From Guillardia theta CCMP2712 (lineage: Eukaryota > Protista > Cryptophyta): a stretch of DNA of 45,062 nt. The notes under the pieces were generated by a model. That model saw only the letters and a list, made by a program, of their open reading frames with translations. It did not search any database and had not been told where the DNA came from. Positions 33,348-44,691 of the stretch are shown here, one piece after another (position 1 is the first letter of the stretch; the number at the start of each line of letters is the position of its first letter). The stretch is from NCBI RefSeq assembly GCF_000315625.1, contig NW_005434587.1, positions 297,027 through 342,088 of the forward strand, given 5' to 3'. Position numbers and translations under genes: made by a program.

Positions 33348-35560
33348 ATGCCGGGCTTTTACTACGACCTTCTCCTCCTCCCCCTCCACCTCCTCCCCCT
33401 CCTCTCCTCTCCATCTTCTGTGATCTCCTCCTCCCTCTCAGCTCCGTCAGTCGATGTCGTCAGGGCGCTGGAGTGGGAGATCCGCAGCATCAAGCAGAGC
33501 CTCTCTGCTACCCTCGAGGAGCTCCGAAGCCTCAACGCCTCTGTCACCTCCTTGCCGCAGCTTCCCTGGGGTAACCTCACCTCCAGCGTAGTTCGCTGCT
33601 CCCTCCCCTACAACTAGTCTCAGATCATAGAGAAGGAGGACCAAGGGAGAGTTCAACATGCAGATCGACAGGTGTGTCGTATCTTTTCTTCTGGCATACA
33701 CATTGACCTTTCATGTTCCATACAAGATTCGAGGTCTGGGTCTGCGACTATGACAACCGATGTGTCCAGCAGACAGGCAACGCCATGTGCTTTGTGTTCG
33801 ATGAAGTCCAGGAGGTCTTTCTTCCATGGGGACTTGACTCGCAGCTGCTCGTGACTCAGGTCAGTTGCTCGACTTCTCCTCCTGTGACAATACTGATGCT
33901 CCTCCAGCAAGAACCCTTCCAGAGTAACCTTGCCGTCTCCCACATCCTTGCTAAACTCAAGGCCCTCGAGCAGGAAATTCGCTCGGGGGGATGCGGGGGG
34001 TCGTGCGTGAGCCGGCAGCAAGTGCAGCAGCTGCTGGACCAGTACTACCTGGAGCCCGGCTACCTGTGGAGCGCCGGCAGCAGCAGCCTGTGCGGCAGGG
34101 GAGTGGCGAGGAGAAGCATCACATGCATCTCGAAGCTCCTCGAGCAGGTCGAGGACGTTCGCTGCTCCAACCGCTCGAAGCCTCTGGCGGAGGTTCCCTG
34201 CCTCAACCTCTCCCAGTGCTGCTACGAGTGTCATGCGCTCAGACGTGCGCGGCAGAAGGGAAGACGTGCGTGAGCTCAGCGATCAACCAGATCGACAACG
34301 AGGAGGCGATGCGATCGGCCGTGCGGGCGGCGAGTATCGCGTCCGATCGACCGGGGGGCCTCCACTTGCGGGTGAGCGCGGGAGCTCACGAGCAAGGAGG
34401 AGACGGACTGCAGGACCTGACGGCGAGCAGCGGGCACGTGAAGCGTCGACGATACGTAGAGCACGGGGCTACCAACTTCCCTCTTGTACCTCAGTCAGGT
34501 CCTAACGCAGGGCGAACTTGTTGTTCCATCACTCAGAACTTCTATGTGGATGTGCCGGTCGAGCTGCAGGGCTCGAGGACGATAACGATCAGCATAACCA
34601 TCGAAGGGGCTGACAATGGAAATATAGTTGAACATATTTCAGATATGGAAGCATAGTATCTCCTGACACGTATCCGACTTTTATGAATCAGTTCAACAGC
34701 AGGATTGATCTCCCTCCCCAAAAAGCTGTCGGAAGTCAAGTCGGCCCCATCAGCATGACCTACTGGCGGGTTGGTTACAACGGGCGATCGACGTGGAGGA
34801 TCTCGGTCGGGGAGATGAGGGACGAGAGCGAGGAGCCTCTGAAGGTCATGTCGGATGGCAAGCTCAAGTACGTCAACGGCTCCTTCTATGATGTCGTCTC
34901 CTTCCCCCTCATGAGCATTCCGGGCCCTGTCTTCACCCTCTGCTCCATCTCTCGCTACAACGGCGAAAAGAGACACAGAATCCTGCAAGCTAAAGACCAA
35001 AATTTCGTGCATGGTCACTGGTACGCAGGACGAGGACAGGCCTACTACGATGGCTCTTGGAGCCTCCAGCAGGACCTGAGGGCTAAGGGGATTGCAGACG
35101 CGTAGGTGGTGCTGTGTGGGCAGAACTACCAGGAGGGCAAGTTGTTCCTCAACGGCGTGGAGTATGATCGATCAGCTGGAAGCCTGCCGGACAGCCTTCA
35201 GCTCACCATCAACGACATCGGCTTGGACCATGTGATCAGAGTGAGTTGGGATGCGACTAATTTGCTTTGGTGACAAGTTCAACTCTTTGTAAACTTTTTC
35301 CAGGTGTACATGATGTTCGGCAAGTTGATAACTATACAAACCATGCCATGACATCTATTACAATCGTCTGCGACCGCATCATAGGATATGTCTTTGCAGA
35401 AATGGAGTCAGAGTGTAAAATTGTAATCACATGTAGAATCCTGCGCATCAGTCCCAGTTCACATTCCCTCAAAGGCAAAGTGGACGAATGTACTTTGCCT
35501 GCACTCACCATGTTCCAAGATTATACTTCGCCTACACATGAGTTTGCTGATGCAGAGACA
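33348..35560 (+). pseudogene. Probable pseudogene of a secreted mosaic protein with a TSP1 (ADAMTS-type) repeat and a lectin/ConA-like domain
   Basis: TSP1-like YLWSAGSSSLCGRGVARRSITCIS..VEDVRCSNRSKPLAEVPC. A frame change with no intron occurs at ~34228 (CCYE -> SCAQTCAAEGKTC). The lectin-like FTLCSISRYNG..RILQ..NFVHGHW..AYYDG is interrupted by TAG at 35103-35105, and coding-like VVLCGQN..LTIN continues after it. Confidence 0.55.
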
Positions 35561-35737
35561 GTACAATTATGAAGCACCATTGCACTGAGGAAGCTCAAGG
35601 CACTGATAAGCGACTCTACTGTCTCTTTATATTACACTTATTTACTTCCTTCATGACTAAGTGCGCTATCATGAAACCGGGGTATGTGAATCTTTTATTG
35701 ACTGAAAAAGATACGAGTACAAGCAGCCTGATTCGAG

Positions 35738-35793
35738 AGCATGCAGCGCTCGACCTTCATGCAGCGCTCGACTCGGGTCGAGCGCTGCATGCT
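35738..35793. repeat. Perfect hairpin/palindrome with a duplicated arm, abutting direct-repeat copy 2
   Basis: AGCATGCAGCGCTCGACC (35738-35755) pairs with GGTCGAGCGCTGCATGCT (35776-35793). The inner copy CATGCAGCGCTCGAC (35758-35772) gives a 15-bp stem with a TCGG loop. Confidence 0.9.
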
Positions 35794-36259
35794 GGTATCT
35801 TAGGATCGTAGGAGCGATGGTATCTTGCCTCCCATGTCAAGGTTTCCGTTTGTGAGTTCGCATTCCTTCGCTCCCCTTCGCTCGCCTCCTTCCCCGCAGA
35901 TTCGAAAGCGTAACGACTGTGTGTGAATCTCTGTTACAAGACCCCCACCCATTCCTTTCCTCTCAACTACCCACCTTGTTCCCTGTGGACCAACTAGCCC
36001 CAGGACTACCTTGTCCTCGTACTGATTTTTAACTTAACTTTGACTACCCCGTCAACCCCACGGAATACCAGCGTCGTGACCGTCACCGGCCCGGGCCCGG
36101 TCAGCGGGGCGGCCTCGGAGTCAATCCGATGACCGATCCTGGCACTGCCGGCCGGCCCGGGCGGCTTCCGAACTGGCAGGCTGCCCGGCCCGGCCCATAC
36201 CGGCGTGGCTATGCCGCGGCGGCAACTCGTGCTTTGAGAGTCCCGGCCGCCGTTCAAGT
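35793..36259 (+). repeat. 467-bp direct repeat, copy 2
   Basis: Matches 32416-32882 from TGGTATCTTAGGATCG to GCCGTTCAAGT. Confidence 0.95.
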
Positions 36260-37719
36260 CGTTAATTTGGCACTTAAATTTTTCGAAAGGGTCTTTTTTT
36301 TTAGTAGGCGTGCTTTTTTGATAAACGAGTTAGAGACCCCACTTCATAGTACCCAAGAGTTTTAGTTTATTTCAACAATCCTCTTTACAAGTTGTTTTAA
36401 CGGTAGTTACAGTACGGTACCGACACATACCCTATGGTACTACTTTCAGTACCAGTTGCAATCCTCCTTGCCTTGACGGACCGTTGAATAGCGGCGCAAT
36501 CGGGGCGGCCACCGTCGTCAAGGGCTGCCTCATCGCTCGGCATTGCCAAAAGGAGGAGCCTCGGAGATTGGAGCAAGAGAACAAGGTGATCCTCTTCATT
36601 CGCATGAGATACATCAAAGAGGCACCGTTGTTCCTTCAACGGCAGCAAATGCCTTCGATCATTCTGTGCACTTTGAATTACTACACCACGTTGAAGGTTT
36701 AGACATGTCATTCAATCTGGTACCATGTCATGGTGAAATTTCGAAGTGGAATCATCCGAAATTGGAAAGGAAGAATGTCAACTTCTTTAACACTAGAAAA
36801 CAAACTAATTTCTTCCGTCTCAACATCGATCTGCACAAGATTAGGACTACGGTAGTATGGTTAACTGCCACGGTTTCGCAAACGTGGGAAGCCCTTCTTG
36901 AAACCCCGGATGAAAAGGTCAGTGCAGTTGGACCATCAGTACATCACTCTTACAGAACAGAGAATCAAGTTCGTGTGCCTTTCAAGGATGAACCCTACAT
37001 GTTAGAACCAACAGGCTGGATCAGGTTCGTTATATTTCGAGGGCGCACTGACAGTCACCTTCAAACGAAATTAGAGGACGCAATACACATGCATCTCTTT
37101 CAAGTTCGAAAGAATGGTACGATTGTGCACGTTTCACACAGAGATTTGGAGGCATCCAGATTGAACGCAACTTTACTCAGACATTAATTTACTTTGAAGG
37201 AGCTGCCACAACAACTGAGTGAAGTGTGCTCGAACCGAATTGTTGAATTTCTTCTTGTCATCTGCCGCGGATGATTGCGTGAAGGTCCATGACTACCGCA
37301 TGGACAGTGCATATCCCACACATGGTCAAGTTGCCCGTTAGATGCAGTAGCAGTTTTCTACTTCTCCGAGTCCAATGTAGCTGTTCCCGATCATGGCAGC
37401 AGCTCGATATGCATCTCAGAGTCTCTTCCCTGAAGTTGATGTCGGTGCTCGATGCACGACATGTTCAATAGTCAGGCTAGTTGAATGCCATATTTCTCGT
37501 AGAAATGTACCCACATGCCCTGACAACATCATGCTGTGCAAATAGAAAGACTGCAGCAGTCTCTTTTCGAGGCAGGGCGTCTTTCGCCGCCTGCTGCGGG
37601 AGCAGCCGTCCCGTCTCCTGCAGACCCTCCCGGTATCTGCAGGCATCGATGACAACAAGGAAACAGACTGAGAGTCACAGTGTAGTCCTCTACCTCCTCC
37701 TCTGTCTCCATCGTCCCTA

Positions 37720-37820
37720 CCTCACAGGGGATCAGGTCGTCTTCTTTGGCCCTTCCTGCCTTCATCCCATGGCCAGCGTAGAAGAGGACGACTAGCCTCC
37801 TCAGCTCTTGGTGCCAGCCT
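37720..37820 (-). pseudogene. Caspase/metacaspase-like (peptidase C14) exon fragment
   Basis: RRLVVLFYAGHGMKAGRAKEDDLIPCE resembles the C14 catalytic-His motif (hhhhY/FSGHG..YLhP.D). No DxC motif or intact gene could be assembled. Confidence 0.3.
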
Positions 37821-38094
37821 AGTCGCATCCCTGATAGCGTTTTCCAGCTTGCACGTACTTGTCCGCTCTAGTATGCAGAGGCCGAACACCCGGGGCGGCT
37901 CCAGGAACAGAATCTCCTGATGGAGAGGAGACTGCAGGAAGCCCGTTCCTCTAGCGCACAGTGACGGGATGCTGTTGAGGAAGAAACGTCATGCGACATA
38001 AATGACTAGAGGATGCGCATAACAGTGAGTATTCATAACAGTGAGCATTGAGGGATTTCTCTGTGGATTCACTGCCATATGATGACTGATCCGA

Positions 38095-39360
38095 GTATCC
38101 GATCCGACTCCCGCGGGGGCCGCATACGGCCGCGCCACTGACCCGGGCTTGAAGTCACGATGATACCGTACCCGGTACTGCGGGGGCCGGGGCCCGGCAG
38201 GGCCCGGGCTCACACGGTCACTCCGACGGCCCCGGCGGCGGTCAGTCACCGTTGAGTTGGCGCGGCCAGGCCACTGCAGTCAGTGCCGGGGCTGACCTTC
38301 GGACCGTCGGACTCGGAGAGTCTGAGTCTGGCCCGCCCGGCGGGCAGCCTGGCAGCGGCCACCCGGAATGCGGCCCGGTCATGGGCGTGACGGGGGCCAG
38401 TCAGTGATTGAACCGTGAACGGTTCCCGGGCCGGCGGCGCGGCCGATGACGATTATCGGATCGGATGTCAGTGACCCGCCGGGTGCCAGGCCCCCGGCAC
38501 GTGGCCGGGGGCCTTGAATGGCCGGGCCCGAGTGACTCGGACCGTCGGAGCGGCTCCGGGCCGCGGCGGGCCCGGGTTGAAACTTGGCACTGAAGGATTT
38601 TGAGCTATTTCAGAATCAAATTGAGTACCCACCCGTTGATTATTGCGGATCCGAGGTCAAAGACAGGGGTAGGGTGATAGGGCTCCCCTTTGAGGCAGAC
38701 AAGGGTCATAGCTGGATTTCGTGATTTTCATCGGGGGGTAGGGGGTAGTCTTTGATGGGTGTAGGGTTTTCTTCGAGTCCAAAGGTGGGGTACTAATCAG
38801 GTAATGGTAGGGGTATTTTGAAATTTTTGATGGACCTGAAAAGGGGATGGTGGTTGTAGATTGGTAGGGTGGTGTCAGGAAAGTGCCACGTACTACCCGT
38901 CCTTTATCCTGTCACAGGACGGGTCAGCAGACCCCTGCAATCACCACCCCTGCAACAATCACCCCTTTTGTTGATTCCTCGTTACCCACCGGTCGTGAAA
39001 AGTGACCCATATTTAGTCCAGTACCCCTGATATTCCCTCATAACCCGTTTGTTTTCATTCAAAATGACCGGTACTTTGTAACAATTTTTTGATGGGGTAG
39101 GTCATCACTACCCACCCCCTTGGTTGAGTACCCACCAGCTTGTTAAGGTGCCCCTTTCCCTTTGATTACTCAATACCTAAACACCCCTACCCCATTTCAG
39201 ATACTGATACCGGTGAAACAATAACCCCTACCCCCTATTCCAAAATTATACCCCTAGTACTTAGCAGAAATATCAGTGTTTGTCTCCTCTGCCGAGGCTG
39301 CTGTACCGGTGGTAGAGTACCCCCACCCGTAAATTGCTCTACCAACCCACGTTCCCCCTC
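38095..39360. promoter_or_regulatory. GC-rich island followed by GGGGTA-rich then TACCCC-rich tracts upstream of the desaturase
   Basis: Composition and motif density directly 5' of ATG 39379. Function is inferred. Confidence 0.4.
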
Positions 39361-39378
39361 ATCCCCATACGCACGGGG

Positions 39379-41935
39379 ATGGCGCCATGCGCGGAGGCGT
39401 TGACGGGGAAGCCGGAGGGCGATGGCGTGCTGGCGCAAGGAGGAGAGAGAGTCTTCGCCAGTGAGCACGATCTCCCAGAAGACGCTGTCGCCATCGATGG
39501 CGTCGTCTACTCCCTGCGGGGGTGGAACCATCCTGGCGGGGATCAGATCCTGCTCTTTGGGGGCAACGACGTGTCAGTGCAGTATCGGATGATCCACCCC
39601 TTCCACGCCCCCGGAGTTGTCGGCAAGATGCCCAAGATCGGAGTCCTTGAGAGCTACAGGTCAGTTGAGATGAACCTCCTCTTGTCGAGCCATCGACCCC
39701 TGCCACCCTCCCTCCAACCCGCTTCTGAACTATGATGCCGCAGGAAGGACTACTCGTTCGGCTCCAAGTTTGAGAAGGACCTCATTGAGGCTGTGGGCAA
39801 GGTCGTGAAGCCAAACCAGGTGATGCGATAGGAGGAAGAAAGAAACCTTGCTTGACGCTGCTCGGTGGCAGAGGTTCGCTACCCCTGGGTTCTGCATGCG
39901 CCTCGTTTTCTACATCTCGCTCTACAGCGTCCTCATGTACAGCTACGTGGTCTATGGCTCCTCATGGCTGCTCTGCGCGGCGCTCGGCGTCTCACAGGCG
40001 CTGATTGGTCTGAACGTGCAACACGACGCTAACCACGGGGCGATCTCGAGATTTCCTGTAGTGAACGGTGCGTGAAGATGGCGCAGGAGGTGGTGGTAGA
40101 GCTCACGCTCTCATGGCAGAGATCCTTGGGTTTGGGGCTGATCTGATCGGAGGCTCCAAGTATCTCTGGCTGCAGCAGGTCAGAGGAGGGAGCTCGAGCT
40201 CCCCTGTCTCTGCTTGTGCTCACCGTTGGGCAGCACTGGACCCATCACGCATACACCAATGACATCGAGCGGGACCCTGATGCCAAGGTAGAGCAAGACA
40301 TGGACGTGACGGCAGCAGCAGATCTCTGACGCGAGCATGCAGAGCTGTGATCCGTTCTTTCTCTTCCACAACTACCCGCACGACAGCCCCATGAGGAAAG
40401 CATTCCATGCCTTCCAGCACTTCTGGTATGACCCCTTCACCCTGCTCTCTGCACCGGCATCCAATAAGAGCTGCTGGAGGATCCTGCTCTTGTCTGTGTT
40501 GCATTCTCCCTCACATGAGTTGCTTCATCCTCTTGTTCCTTGAGGAGACATGCTGCCTCCTACCTGACCGCATGCTGTAGGATGCTTCCGATCCTGTCGT
40601 TCTACTGGCTTTCCTCCATCGTCAGCTCAGAGGCGATCTCCGTGACGCACATCGTGAGGCTGCCCCGCCCCTCCCCCCCGCCACCCTTGTCCTTGTCCTT
40701 GTCCTTGTCCTTGTCCTTGTCCTTGTCCTTGTCCTCGTCCTTGTCTTGTCCTCGTCCTCGTCCTTGTCTTGTCCTCGTCCTTGTCTTGTCCTCGTCCTCG
40801 TCCTCGTCCTCGTCCACGTCCTTGTCCTCCAGCAGTCCCGCAGCTGACATATGAGCTGCAGTCATCGAAGCAGGGAGGGATGAGGTTCGAGAACTCCTAC
40901 CTCAAGAACCACCGCATCCAGACCTGGCTGCTCCGTGCCTTCTACCTCGCCTGCACCTCCCTGAGCCCCTTCTATCATCACCAGTGGCACACTGCTCTCC
41001 TCCACGTCTGGTACGTGCGCATGCTCGGAGGGCTTACTCTGATTGCCTCCTCTCGTCAGGTTCATGTCGGTCGTGGAGTCTCTGTCTCTTGCGATCCCCT
41101 TCGCCCTCTCGCACAATTTTGAAGACGCGGAGAGACATCCTCTGGACGCGGGCAACGGGGAGCCGGTCGACTGGTACAAGTCGCAGGTGAGGCGTCTGCT
41201 CGCTAGCGATCACGAGAAGGAGTGATAGATCTGCAGGTCGAAACCTCGAGCACGTACGGCGGCAAGGTCGCCGGCTGGATCACTGGCGGATTGAATTTTC
41301 AGGTAAGATGAGAGTGGGGCAATGAGAAGGATGAAGAGAAGAAGGGGAGGGAAGATGAAATGTGATGAGAAGAGCAGATCGGAACAGAGTGGAGGATGGG
41401 GATGGAGAGGGAGAGCAGGGGAGGGGAGGGGAGGGGAGGAGAGGCAGGAATGAGCATGAGGAGGGGAAGGACATCTCTGCTCCTGAGACTCTGAGTAGGT
41501 TGAGCATCATCTCTTTCCTCGCATGTCGTCTGCATGGTATCCCTATATCCAGCCTGTGGTACGCGAGCTCGCGGAAGGCAGTCGAAGACACTGACGGTTT
41601 GAGACCCCCAGGTTAGCGAGGTGTGCAAGAAGCACGGGGTCCGTTACGCGTACTATCCTTCCTTCTTCCACAACCTCTTCTCTACCGTCAAGGTTGTTCC
41701 TCTTCTCTTGCCTCTTTCGTCCTCTTGTCCCTCACTGTTCCTCCCCTCTTCCGCTTCACCCTCATCTCTTCTACAACTCTTCCATCTTCCTTTCCCTTAG
41801 CTGCTATCACTGATCACGGATCCTTTTCTGTCTCCCTTCTTGTTCCCTCCTTGCTCGTCTGCTGTCCACTGACTAGCCTTGCAGTACATCAGGGATGTGG
41901 GGACAGGCGCGATCGCCATGAAGAAGAAGAACTGA
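39379..41935 (+). CDS. Front-end fatty-acid desaturase with N-terminal cytochrome b5 domain, most like algal delta-5 desaturases
   Basis: Cyt b5 motif HPGG. His boxes QHDANH, HWTHH and QVEHHLFP. IDGVVY..HPGG..FGGNDVSVQYRMIHPFH, GADLIGGSKYLW and VETSSTYGG..GGLNFQ are as recalled for the diatom delta-5 desaturase (PtD5). C-terminal KKKN is an ER-retrieval dilysine. About 13 exons splice in phase. Confidence 0.92.
40686..40830. repeat. (GTCCTT/GTCCTC)n microsatellite in a desaturase intron
   Basis: Directly visible. Confidence 0.9.
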
Positions 41936-42058
41936 AGCGTCGCAGCTTTTTGCTTCTCCCGTGAGGTTGAGGGAAGGGAGAAGTTGATGGTTGAGATGAA
42001 GCATGACCCCAAGACTTGTCTCGCCTTCTTGTTCCATCGTGTCTTCTCTCACTTCCTT

Positions 42059-44651
42059 TCACATCGCTCTCGTCCGCTGCTTCTTGTGCCCCTGGTTCAT
42101 CTCCTCCTGGTTGGATTTGGTTTGCCGAAGCTGCCGACCTGAGAGAAGATGAGAAGAGCAGATAGAAGAAGAAGAGCAGAGAGAAAAGAGGAGGAAGAAG
42201 AGCACATAAAGGAGGGTAGAAGTTATGAAGCCAACCATGAAGACACGTACGATGAGATAGAGAGAGATGAAGGTGGGCAAGGAGGGAAGGAGGAAACGAA
42301 GAAAGGAGGGAGGGAAGGAGGGAGGGAAGTAGGAACGAGGAGAGGGAATGAGGAACGAGGAGAGGGAATGAGGATGGAGTGCAACCGGCTTGGGCTTGTT
42401 GATGATGTCCTTGCACTTGGGGATGTGTCTGCGTGCTGTCTCCTCTGATAGCGAAATCAACGAGGGAAGCGCAAGAGCAGAAAAGGCAAGGAAATGCAGA
42501 GACGGAGAAGAGAAGGGGGAGGGGACAAGGGGAGGAGTGAGGAGGAGGAAGGAGTGTGAGAAAGGAGGGACAAGGAGGGACGAAAGAGGGATGTGAGAAG
42601 GGAGGAGAGGGAAGTGAAGTGAGAAAGGGAGCGACAGGGGAGGAGGACTCCACCTGCAAATTTTCGTCCGCAATGCGGGCAGGGGACGCGATCGTCTACT
42701 GAATGTGTCTCCTCGAACTGAGCAGAGCGTCATGAAAGCTAGTTGAAGAGAAAGAGAAGGAGAAGGGAAGAGGTCAAGGTACAAGAGAGAAGAGGGAAAG
42801 GAAGGGGAGGGGGAGGGGAGGGAGACGAGAAAGTGGTGGCGGAGGACAGAAGGAGAGTTGGAGTTGAAGCGAGAGGGGAGGAAGAGAGGGAAGAAGAGGA
42901 GGAAGTGGAAGGGAGGGAGCGATTGGATGGAAGGAGCCTCGACCTTGAGGGTACGGATATCGACACCCTACAAAAATCAAGTCAGGTAAGAAGAAGTTGC
43001 TGACTTGGAGACAGAAATAGAGGAGGGGAGAGGGGGAAGGGGGATGGGGAGGGAGGATTGGAGAGGAAAAGGGAGGGAGGGAGTGGAGAGGATAGGTCAG
43101 GGAAGGGGCGGGGATGGAGGAGAGGAGAAGAGAGGAAGAGAAGAGAGAACGAAAGGGGGGCAGGAGGGTAAACCTCTTTCTCTGCTTGTGTGATGATTTT
43201 TGCGTTTCTTATCGCAGCTCTGCNNNNNNNNNNNNNNNNNNNNNNNNNNNNNNNNNNNNNNNNNNNNNNNNNNNNNNNNNNNNNNNNNNNNNNNNNNNNN
43301 NNNNNNNNNNNNNNNNNNNNNNNNNNNNNNNNNNNNNNNNNNNNNNNNNNNNNNNNNNNNNNNNNNNNNNNNNNNNNNNNNNNNNNNNNNNNNNNNNNNN
43401 NNNNNNNNNNNNNNNNNNNNNNNNNNNNNNNNNNNNNNNNNNNNNNNNNNNNNNNNNNNNNNNNNNNNNNNNNNNNNNNNNNNNNNNNNNNNNNNNNNNN
43501 NNNNNNNNNNNNNNNNNNNNNNNNNNNNNNNNNNNNNNNNNNNNNNNNNNNNNNNNNNNNNNNNNNNNNNNNNNNNNNNNNNNNNNNNNNNNNNNNNNNN
43601 NNNNNNNNNNNNNNNNNNNNNNNNNNNNNNNNNNNNGAGGAGGAGGAGGAGGAGGAGGAGGTGGTGGTGGTGGTGGAAAAGACGACTGGGGGAAGAGAAG
43701 AGGAGAAAGAGAAGAGGAATGGGAGGGGAGGTGATGGTAGTATTGGAGGAGAAGGTGACGGAGGAAAGGAGGAGACTGCATACATCAGGCTGTGCGACTC
43801 GGCGAGTATTCTGAATCTCTCTCTTCATCGGTAGCTGAGCCTCCTCCTCCCTCTCCACCTCATCATAAGTTCCCCTCCAGGCTGCCCGCTCCTCTCTCCC
43901 TCCTCCACTTGCTCCTCCACTTGGTCCTCCTCCTCTCCCCCCCCTCCTCCTCCTCGCGGGGCACTTCGCTCGGATTGCCGCTGTCTCCCTACCTTGCTGT
44001 TAGTTCGCATCCCCACTCTCCCTCTCCCTCTCCCTCTCCCTCTCCCTCTCCCTCTCCCTCCCTCCTCTCTCTCCCTCCTTTTCTCTCCCCATCTCTTCTT
44101 GTCAAGTCACCTGATCCTCCCGAAAATCGGCGTATCCCCTGTCGTTCCTCTCTTCCTCCTTGTACTTGATCCCCGAGCTCCTCTCTCCTGGCCGAGGAGC
44201 GACGATAGCAGAGGAAGAGGAGGAGGAGGAGGAGGAGGCCTGTAACGGTCCGGAGCAGCAGCCATGCTGTTTGATCCTCCGCACTATCACCTGCGTCCTC
44301 TTTACTTGTCAAGTCCTTACTCTCAGACTCCTTTCTGCCCCTCTCCTCCATTTCCTCCTAGTCAGCCTTTTGCTTCTCTTCCCTTTCCCTCTCCTCTCTT
44401 CTCCCCTCCTCCACCCTCCTCCTCTCTCTTCCGTAACCTCTCACTCACCCGCCCCCTTCCTCCTCCTCCTCCTCCTCCTCCTCCTCCTCTCGCACCTTCT
44501 CGAAGATGTCTGCAGCAAAGCTCTTCCCGCAAGCCGGGCATTCTCGTGTCTCCTCCTCTCCCAGCATCGTATCTGCAGCAGCAATGTCAGAAAACTCATA
44601 CCGCACTAACCCACCACAAAGTCTCCTGTGCTGCTGCTGCTGCTGCTGCTC

Positions 44652-44691
<40 letters not shown>

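Noticed and set aside
35103-35105. Stop-codon reassignment or programmed readthrough of TAG
   Set aside because: TAG terminates intact genes in this window (13789, 23118, 26787), and the same locus has a frameshift. Pseudogenisation or sequencing error is simpler.
32416-36259. LTR retrotransposon (the direct repeats begin TG and have CA near the end)
   Set aside because: Identity extends 3 nt past the CA, no target-site duplication is visible, there is no PBS/PPT, and no gag/RT/integrase motifs lie inside.
36543-37187. 214-aa plus-strand ORF as a real single-exon gene
   Set aside because: It has a non-ATG start and no recognisable motif, and a single long exon is atypical here. Left uncalled.
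42982-43858. Long ORFs across 43224-43636
   Set aside because: Artefacts of the N gap.
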